Assembly (NCBI GenBank): GCA_048941285.1
Contig: JBHLNS010000011.1
Location: 9,250 to 73,249, forward strand
DNA from: Promethearchaeota archaeon
Lineage (GTDB): Archaea > Asgardarchaeota > Lokiarchaeia > Sigyniarchaeales > SOKP01
Length of the DNA stretch: 64,000 bases
Direction of reading: 5' to 3'
Positions 56,984-64,000 of this stretch are shown here, one piece after another (position 1 is the first letter of the stretch; every line of letters begins with the position of its first letter). Under the pieces are notes generated by a model that was not told the origin of the DNA, made no database searches, and was given only the letters and a program-made list of their open reading frames with translations. The position numbers and the translations under genes were made by a program.

Positions 56984-58714
56984 CTAAAAATTATACCCAT
57001 TTAATCTAGCCCAAAAGTCTTTCAAATCCTCTTTATCTATGGAATATTTTAATCCAGTTGGTTCTGAATATTCATCTCTGAAAAAACTTGGAATTTCATT
57101 CATTTCTTGAGTAATCCCTGCTTTTTCATTAAATAAAAGCTCATTTCTTATGATATCAATACCAATTTTAATTATCTCTTCTCTTGTTAGAGTTATATCA
57201 TACATTGCATTAATTGCATTTGCCAAGATTTCCATGTTTTCATAACTCGGCCCAATAAAATAGCAGCATCCCATAGAATCCATTATCGCTGTATAAATTT
57301 GTAATTCAAAAGACAAATCAAGTTTATGCTCATTTTTAGTTAGCTCTCCATAATCTTTATGTAAACTTGGAACACGGTTGGCGATAGCTGCTCCAGCTGT
57401 ATGATCAGCTCCCATTGGTGATGTTGCGTAGGTAACTCCCATCGCTTTAAACACTCTGCTATCATAAGCAGAAATTCCTTGTCCTTTTACTTGAGGTATT
57501 CGTTTAGCCTTAAGTATTTCTCCAATATTTTTTACACCATTTCCGTACAAGTTTCCTTCTTTTGTATCATTTCTTATTTCATTATCTAGAATTTCAAACA
57601 CTTTATTTGAGTCTCCCCACTTTATCTTTCCACAATCCATAGCAACACCCACAGTTCCACCAAACTCAATTGTATCAAGCCCTAAATCATCACAAAGATG
57701 ATCAATTTTAGCTATACTATCTAGATCATCAATCATCAAATTACTGCCATTGAGAGCCATAGTTTCATATTCTAGACTGGATGTAATGTGATTTCCCTGT
57801 TCATCAACGACTAAATTTGAACATTTAATTACACATGTTGGAGAACAAGCTATTCTCTTTTTCCCACCTCTTGCAACTACGAGATCGTGGAGAGATTCTC
57901 CTGAGATATTATCAATCATATCATAAGATCCCCTTTGAAAATTCTTAGTTGGTATGCCGCCGTATCCACTCATAGCTGCCATCATCATAGGTGTACCAAA
58001 AATTGAGAACTTCTCTTTTGTTTGTGCCAAATTTTTAGCAAAAGGACTTGAAATCTCACGAAATTTTTTAATATCTTGCATATTTACTTTAGAAGTTTTA
58101 GAAGGAATAATCACTATTGCTTTAATTCTTTTGGAACCCATTACAGCTCCTAATCCGCCTCGTGCAGCATGTCTACTTGGGTATCCTTCTAAATCATTTG
58201 CCCCTACAGTTGCAGACTTCATTAAATGTTCACCCGCAGGGCCAATAGAGTAAATACCAATACTTTCTCCAAATTTTTGTCTTAATCTTGAATGAAATTC
58301 ATAGTTACCTAACCCGTTATATTCTTCTGCTGGTAAAATTCTAATATTATCCTCTTCTATTAATATAAATTTTAATATTGAAGATATATCCTCTAAAACT
58401 ATTGCTCTAATACCATGTCTAGCTAACATCATAGCAGGCCTTCCCCCAACATTAGCTTCTTTTATTCCATTAGTTAAAGGACTTTTAGCACCTATTGATG
58501 TACGAGCAGAACAGGGGAAAGGTGAACCAGCAAGAAGGCCATTCGCAATTATTAATTTGTTTTCTCTCCCTAAGGGATCACAAAGTGGAGGGACTTCATT
58601 ATGAATTATGAGAGAGCTTAATCCTCTAGCACCAAATAAGTATTCTCTTGAATTAGGAGTAATATCTTCGTAATAAATATCTTCTTTTTCAGTATTTATT
58701 CTTACTATTTCCAT
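56984..58714 (-). CDS. Aldehyde:ferredoxin oxidoreductase family (W/Mo-pterin)
   Basis: KSPLT, IGPAGE, RGGLGAVMGSK, C..TC..KC, EYET, CDDLGLDT, GADH. Confidence 0.93.
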   Translation of the reverse strand: MEIVRINTEKEDIYYEDITPNSREYLFGARGLSSLIIHNEVPPLCDPLGRENKLIIANGLLAGSPFPCSARTSIGAKSPLTNGIKEANVGGRPAMMLARHGIRAIVLEDISSILKFILIEEDNIRILPAEEYNGLGNYEFHSRLRQKFGESIGIYSIGPAGEHLMKSATVGANDLEGYPSRHAARGGLGAVMGSKRIKAIVIIPSKTSKVNMQDIKKFREISSPFAKNLAQTKEKFSIFGTPMMMAAMSGYGGIPTKNFQRGSYDMIDNISGESLHDLVVARGGKKRIACSPTCVIKCSNLVVDEQGNHITSSLEYETMALNGSNLMIDDLDSIAKIDHLCDDLGLDTIEFGGTVGVAMDCGKIKWGDSNKVFEILDNEIRNDTKEGNLYGNGVKNIGEILKAKRIPQVKGQGISAYDSRVFKAMGVTYATSPMGADHTAGAAIANRVPSLHKDYGELTKNEHKLDLSFELQIYTAIMDSMGCCYFIGPSYENMEILANAINAMYDITLTREEIIKIGIDIIRNELLFNEKAGITQEMNEIPSFFRDEYSEPTGLKYSIDKEDLKDFWARLNGYNF

Positions 58715-58842
58715 AGTTGAATATTAATAGCTGAAAATATTTTATTTTTTTCTTTATTTAAACGGTTTACCAAAGATCTAATAAGAAAAGCAATACTAGC
58801 ATAATATTTATATTTCCGAAGTTGCTATTGAATTATGGGTGA

Positions 58843-59337
58843 TTGACTATGAATGGAGATAGAGGAAGAATCGTACTAGAAAGAGAGGAAGGCTTTCATT
58901 TAGAAGGACATATTGTTTTCATGATTGTGGCTATTGTTTATTTTCTTACATTTCCATTAATGCTCCTCTGTACAGATGTAGTTTCAGGTTATTTATATTC
59001 AGGTATGCTTGTTTTTTTATTCGCAGCTATATGGGTTGCAATATCTAAATTAAGTTCCTATAATCCAAAAGCAAATAAAATTAAGTCAAAGAATACTATA
59101 GGAGGAAAAGATAAGTTTATAGAAGAATGTCAAAGTTTCATAAATTATTATCTAGGCACTAATAAAGGGAAATCATTTACAGCTAATTCATTATTAAAGA
59201 AAATAAATGAAATCGTTCAAAATCCTGAATTAAAGGAATATCTTGCTGAAAATTTTAAACATATTATGGAACAAATGCTCATTAAGAATACAGTAGGATC
59301 TTATGAAAAAAATGGAGAAACATATTATAATCTATAG
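58843..59337 (+). CDS. Two-TM membrane protein with C-terminal wHTH-like domain
   Basis: Two TM segments, then NKGKSFTANSL...GETYY. Confidence 0.6.
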   Translation: MTMNGDRGRIVLEREEGFHLEGHIVFMIVAIVYFLTFPLMLLCTDVVSGYLYSGMLVFLFAAIWVAISKLSSYNPKANKIKSKNTIGGKDKFIEECQSFINYYLGTNKGKSFTANSLLKKINEIVQNPELKEYLAENFKHIMEQMLIKNTVGSYEKNGETYYNL

Positions 59338-59514
59338 AAATAGATGCATAGAACCTAATAGCGTAATTAATTTAAAATAATTCTTTGATTATTTGAATTA
59401 GTTTTCATTATTTTAAACCATGTTATTTCATTCTCATCTTTTATTCTTATCCATTAAAAAATACAATAATAATAACCTGAAAATATTATATTTTTTCTCT
59501 TATTTCTTATAATT

Positions 59515-60426
59515 ATGGATGAAATTGATCTTAAGATTATTCTCCTTTTAATGAATAATTCAAGATTAGCATATAGAGAGATTTCAGACCACTTAGGATT
59601 ATCTGTTAATGCTGTTTATAAGAGAGTACAAAGTCTCATAGATCTTAGAATTATCCAAAAATTTGCTGCGAGATTAAAACCATATGCAATTAATGCTATT
59701 TATGCATTTATTTTTGGGCAAAGTAATACTCAAAATATTGACAAGCCCATATTAGAGTTAGGAAAACATGATAATACTTGGCAAATAATATTGTCTAGCA
59801 GAAATTATGTTTATATTGGAGCAATGTTAGAAAATATTCATCAATTAGACGAATATTCTTCTTATGTATCTCAGATTATCGGAATTCAATCTCCAAAAGT
59901 AGGGCTCCTCTCAGGTGTTCAATATACATCACCAGTTCCATATATTGTTCCTAAATCAAGAGCAATGAATTATGATAAGCTTGATTTAGAAATTATTCGA
60001 TCATTATATAAAGATTCTCGAAAACCTGTATCTGAGATTGCAGATGAGATTAATAGCACTGCAAATACAATTCGACGCCATTTATCTAGAATGATTGAAG
60101 AAGGTATAATAGAATTATCTATTGATTTTAACCCTGAAGACTCAAACGACATCTTTGCCTTATTTCAAATAACACTAAATCCTTCAATAGATAAAAATGA
60201 GTTTGCCAAACATTTGAATGAAAAATATGATCCGAATCTGTTCTATTGTTGGACGTTTAGTAATTTACCAAATCTGATTATTTGTTGGGTCTGGGCTAAT
60301 ACTATGAAAGAACTAACTGAATTGGTTGAGAATATAAAACAAGAAAATATTGATTCAATTGTTTTTGATATCATGTTTAAAGTGTTTTATTTTGAGACTT
60401 GGAAAGAAAAATTGTTATTTAAATAA
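59515..60426 (+). CDS. Tandem double Lrp/AsnC-family regulator
   Basis: MDEIDLKI...NSR...; second HTH DKLDLEII...DSRKP. Confidence 0.92.
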   Translation: MDEIDLKIILLLMNNSRLAYREISDHLGLSVNAVYKRVQSLIDLRIIQKFAARLKPYAINAIYAFIFGQSNTQNIDKPILELGKHDNTWQIILSSRNYVYIGAMLENIHQLDEYSSYVSQIIGIQSPKVGLLSGVQYTSPVPYIVPKSRAMNYDKLDLEIIRSLYKDSRKPVSEIADEINSTANTIRRHLSRMIEEGIIELSIDFNPEDSNDIFALFQITLNPSIDKNEFAKHLNEKYDPNLFYCWTFSNLPNLIICWVWANTMKELTELVENIKQENIDSIVFDIMFKVFYFETWKEKLLFK

Positions 60427-60688
60427 TTAAAATTTTTAGAAATTTAGGAAAAGGATGGATTTTATTACCTATGAAATTATACAGCCCCAAATCAGTTTAT
60501 CTATTTGATAAAAATAGAATCATCGCGATTCTCAAAGATGAGATTGAAAAGAAGAAAGTAGGAGTATAATTTCATTATCCCTTTATATTATGATATTCGA
60601 TATAGAATTTCATTCATCAGAATAGTTTGATTATTAATTTTTACATTTATATTCATTTAAAAATGAAAATACTATCATAAAACATAGG

Positions 60689-62170
60689 ATGAATGAATTA
60701 ATTTATGCATATCTATCTGATTGCACTGACCCAAAAGATTTAATTTTAGCAACAAGTATTCGTAAATTTGGAAAAAATCTATCGGATTATCCAATTTGGG
60801 TATTTACCCCAAAACCAGTAGATAATATTGCCAAAGAGATACGAGATCTATTTTTATCTCTAAATGTTGAAATTATTCCTTTTTCACCTAAGGATGAGCC
60901 GAATTTTCCGTTTATTACATATGTTCTTGCTGCTGCTAATGCTGAATTATTAGCAAAAGAAAAAACAAAAATACTTGCATGGTTAGGTTCAAATACAATA
61001 TTTTTTAATCAACCAGAACGTTTTATTTTAGATAAAAATAAGAATTTAGGATACCGACCAGTTCATCACACTAATATCGGATCATTTTTTGATGAACCAA
61101 TCGATCCATTTTGGGAAAAAGTATATCAAAAATGTAAAGTGTCTAAAGACAAGATTTTTCCAATGAAAACACACGTAGACCATAACCAGCTTCGACCTTA
61201 CTTTAATGCGGGGTGTTTAATTATTAGACCAGAGAAAGGTTTATTTCACTTATGGTGGAAATTTTATAAAGATTTATTTAATGAACAAGTGTTTAAAGAA
61301 TACTATAATAAGAACTATTTATATGCTATTTTCATACATCAAGCAATTTTATCAGGTGTGATTCTCTCAACTATGGAGCAGTCTGAAATTTATGAACTCC
61401 CTTTTGAGTATAATTATCCATTAAATCTATACAACTATTGTCCGGTTATTTACCGAGCTAAAAATATCAATAAATTAATTACAGTTCGTTTTGAGGATCT
61501 AGGAGATCTCAATAAAGTTCCGATTCAAGATCCTTTGAAAAGTTGGCTAATAAACCAAATGAATACCTTCTACATAAAATCAATATGTTTTGCTGAGAAA
61601 GTTAAATTCGGAAAAGTACCTTTAGTTTATCCAGTCCCGATCATTTTCGCTGGAGCACTTGTTAATAATCAACCTAATTTTGAGACATTGGGAGATGTTG
61701 GAATAATGGGTATTAACCCTCCAATTGTTTATATTTCTTCAGGTCAAAATCATTACACAAATCAAGGAATTCTTGAAAATAAAACATTCAGTATTAATTT
61801 TCCAAACACCCAACTTCTCATAAAAGCTGATTATTGTGGAGTAACATCTGGAAGGAATGTAGATAAATCAAAATTATTTAATGTCTTTTATGGTGAATTA
61901 AAAACAGCACCTATGATTCAAGAATGCCCTGTGAATTTAGAATGTAAAGTTATTAAGGAATTTTCGATTGAAAATAGACAAATTTTTATTGGAGATGTTA
62001 TACAATCTTATGTTAGCAAAGATTTTGTTATTAAAGGCGAAGAGGGCCAAAAAATTGAAAATATGATAAAACTAGATCCAATTATTTATGCATTAGATAA
62101 TCGTTATTATAAAATTGGAGAAATAATTGGAACGGGATACCAAGAAAGTAAGAAATTTGAAAAAGATTAA
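60689..62170 (+). CDS. Fusion of a GT8-like domain and a flavin-reductase-like domain
   Basis: LATSIR...YFNAG...HQAIL...YNYP; then YPVP, NHYT, FSINFP, ADYCG, ECPVNLEC. Confidence 0.75.
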   Translation: MNELIYAYLSDCTDPKDLILATSIRKFGKNLSDYPIWVFTPKPVDNIAKEIRDLFLSLNVEIIPFSPKDEPNFPFITYVLAAANAELLAKEKTKILAWLGSNTIFFNQPERFILDKNKNLGYRPVHHTNIGSFFDEPIDPFWEKVYQKCKVSKDKIFPMKTHVDHNQLRPYFNAGCLIIRPEKGLFHLWWKFYKDLFNEQVFKEYYNKNYLYAIFIHQAILSGVILSTMEQSEIYELPFEYNYPLNLYNYCPVIYRAKNINKLITVRFEDLGDLNKVPIQDPLKSWLINQMNTFYIKSICFAEKVKFGKVPLVYPVPIIFAGALVNNQPNFETLGDVGIMGINPPIVYISSGQNHYTNQGILENKTFSINFPNTQLLIKADYCGVTSGRNVDKSKLFNVFYGELKTAPMIQECPVNLECKVIKEFSIENRQIFIGDVIQSYVSKDFVIKGEEGQKIENMIKLDPIIYALDNRYYKIGEIIGTGYQESKKFEKD

Positions 62171-62320
62171 CTGAAGTTTCGAGAATTTAAAACCTAAAAA
62201 AAAACATGTCTTTTAACTAGGAGATCTTCGTGTAGTTATACAAAATTATAAAAATAAAAAAATAACGTGATTGTGTCATTTAAATAATTAAAATATTTAT
62301 AAATTCAGGAAAAGACTGGA

Positions 62321-63163
62321 TTATATTACACAAAGCATTATCCAAATCGCAACTCTGATAAAATGCACAATATACGTCGCACATCCAGTAAATAAGATAA
62401 TTTTTTGTACACTCTTATGTTTAAATACTAATCGTTGGTTTTTTTTTTTGAGCCCTAATTTTAAACCTACCAAAGTTGTTATCCATGCTATTCCTGATAA
62501 AGTAATTTCTAGAAATAGAAGAACCCAAGAAGCAAAAGGATTAATTCTACCAAAACAATCTCCCCCTGTACCAGCGAGATATACGGCTCTAATAAAGAAA
62601 AATAAAGGGCCTCCTCCTAAAAGAATCCATTGCAATCGATTTAAATACACTTTAACTTTTGTTTTTTTTATATTTTTTATTTCATGAATACTCTCATTCT
62701 CCTTAAAACGCGTATATACTCTATCTGAGATTTTTAAGCCGATTTGTTCCATGAAATCTAAAGTATGTTCTAGGAGAGGTCCTTCTTTATTAAGAACAAT
62801 TCCAGTAATTACGGGATGAAAAATTATCAATTTCATCTTATTTAAGTATCGATTTATGAATTTAGCAGCAGATCCAGCTAATTTAAAATCTGTTTTTGTT
62901 TCAAAAACAAATCCGTGTTTATTTTCCAAATTGATATCTTGCATTTTCTTCAAAAATAATTTCATCTTTTTAGAGGCTCCACGAAAATGGGTTGGGCTCC
63001 CAATTCCTATAAGATCATAATTCTTTAATTCAATTATATTAAAATCTTGGATATTACTACTATCTACATAGAGTCCACCTGCCTCTAAACCACGGCTCAA
63101 TGACATTGCTACTTTTTTTGTATTTCCATACACCGAATCATATAAAATTAAAGCTTTTTTCAT
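62321..63163 (-). CDS. Flavodoxin-like domain fused to a C-terminal three-TM domain
   Basis: YDSVYGNT, IGSPT, FET; hydrophobic C-terminus. Confidence 0.8.
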   Translation of the reverse strand: MKKALILYDSVYGNTKKVAMSLSRGLEAGGLYVDSSNIQDFNIIELKNYDLIGIGSPTHFRGASKKMKLFLKKMQDINLENKHGFVFETKTDFKLAGSAAKFINRYLNKMKLIIFHPVITGIVLNKEGPLLEHTLDFMEQIGLKISDRVYTRFKENESIHEIKNIKKTKVKVYLNRLQWILLGGGPLFFFIRAVYLAGTGGDCFGRINPFASWVLLFLEITLSGIAWITTLVGLKLGLKKKNQRLVFKHKSVQKIILFTGCATYIVHFIRVAIWIMLCVI

Positions 63164-63381
63164 ATTTTTCCCTCGTTTTTTAATGTTTGAATCATTTCAA
63201 AATTTTTTCGATAGAATACTTTTGTAAACCAACCATGTTCTCTTTCACAAAAAGGTAAGCCGTTTGAAGCGTAATGATTTTTTTTGCATTCTTCACAATT
63301 TCCATGATTAGAACATCCTATTTTTGGACAAGGGCAATTAAAGTTAATAAATATCACCTCATATATTTTTAATTTATGCAT
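63160..63381 (-). CDS. Small Cys/His metal-binding protein (start uncertain)
   Basis: CPC...C..HG.C..C...H......PFC; ATGA overlap with the flavodoxin gene. Confidence 0.65.
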   Translation of the reverse strand: MHKLKIYEVIFINFNCPCPKIGCSNHGNCEECKKNHYASNGLPFCEREHGWFTKVFYRKNFEMIQTLKNEGKI

Positions 63382-63629
63382 AGAATACTTCTAGATATAA
63401 ATCCAAGTTCAGAGAGGAGTGTGTAAACTTACCAATTTCCATCTAAAATTTAACTATACTTTCAACTAGTTGGTTTAAAAATCAATCATTAAATCGATTA
63501 TTTTTTTGGATCTTAGTTGAAAAAACTCTTAAATTCACGCCTTATAACTAATATTTTATCGCGTCTTCGGCGTACATGGAAACATATAATGAGAATTGAT
63601 GTTAATAAATTAACTCAAAATTATATGAG

Positions 63630-63965
63630 GTGATAAATTTGGAAAAAAATAAAAAATCATTAAAAAAAATATTAAAAAGTGTAATAAAATCCTCCTTATT
63701 ATTATTCTATACGATCATCATAGGCTCATTAATAATAGGAGGGATTTCTGCTGGTGTTATGACTTTAATTCCTGATGAGGCAAGCAAAACATGTTATTTA
63801 GGATATTATGCACATTGTTCATTCGCTCCTTTTAGTACATTAATTTTATTCGCTATGACAATAGTAGGAACAATTCTTTTAATAAAATTCATAAAATATG
63901 CTAAAAGAACGTATAATACAGTTATAGAAACTAGGCCAATTTTAAAAAATGTGATCAGAAGATGA
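63630..63965 (+). CDS. Small two-TM membrane protein with CYLGYYAHCSFAP loop
   Basis: Two TM segments with a Cys-pair loop. Confidence 0.7.
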   Translation: MINLEKNKKSLKKILKSVIKSSLLLFYTIIIGSLIIGGISAGVMTLIPDEASKTCYLGYYAHCSFAPFSTLILFAMTIVGTILLIKFIKYAKRTYNTVIETRPILKNVIRR

Positions 63966-64000
63966 AAATTAAATCCTTTTTTTTTAAAATTTTATTCTAT

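Noticed and set aside
60471-60569. 32-aa ORF MKLYSPKSVYLFDKNRIIAILKDEIEKKKVGV
   Set aside because: No motif, paralog or clear SD at the proper spacing; could be a remnant but cannot be supported.
591-62687. Remaining 60-100 aa ORFs nested in or antisense to longer genes
   Set aside because: Fully overlap well-supported CDSs and carry no recognisable motifs.
1-64000. CRISPR arrays, tRNA/rRNA genes, transposases, integrases
   Set aside because: No regularly spaced repeats, cloverleaf or rRNA-like GC-rich tracts, or recombinase motifs seen by eye; the main GC spike is the Pro-rich CDS.

Overview
AT-rich archaeal chromosomal window. Gene content (divergent actin homolog, longin-small GTPase fusion, RING finger, HEAT/coiled-coil proteins, TIGR04076-type triplet, multi-PAS kinase, IPGF-type sorting signal) points to an Asgard archaeon, most likely Lokiarchaeia (inference). 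Housekeeping and metabolic genes include gpmA, purD, a type IA topoisomerase, nfo, a TrmJ-like methylase, a CDP-alcohol phosphatidyltransferase, two M32 carboxypeptidases, aldehyde:ferredoxin oxidoreductase, a corrinoid/UroD-family methyltransferase pair and an MgtE/PhoU-TrkA-C operon. I saw no rRNA, tRNA, CRISPR array, integrase or transposase. The strongest candidate for a new system is at 42417-44362: an actin-related gene with altered hydrolysis residues lies directly downstream of a gene for a coiled-coil + Pro/Gly-rich + C-terminal WH2-like (LKKI) protein, an architecture like a nucleation-promoting factor. Reading beyond the ORF track also gave: a three-copy 'PDIYSG' microprotein family, a 27-aa CC...CC peptide under a MarR-type operator, a 49-aa ORF heading the corrinoid operon, and a synonymously diverged second copy of the nfo 5' end. 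All family calls come from motif recognition by eye, not database searches.
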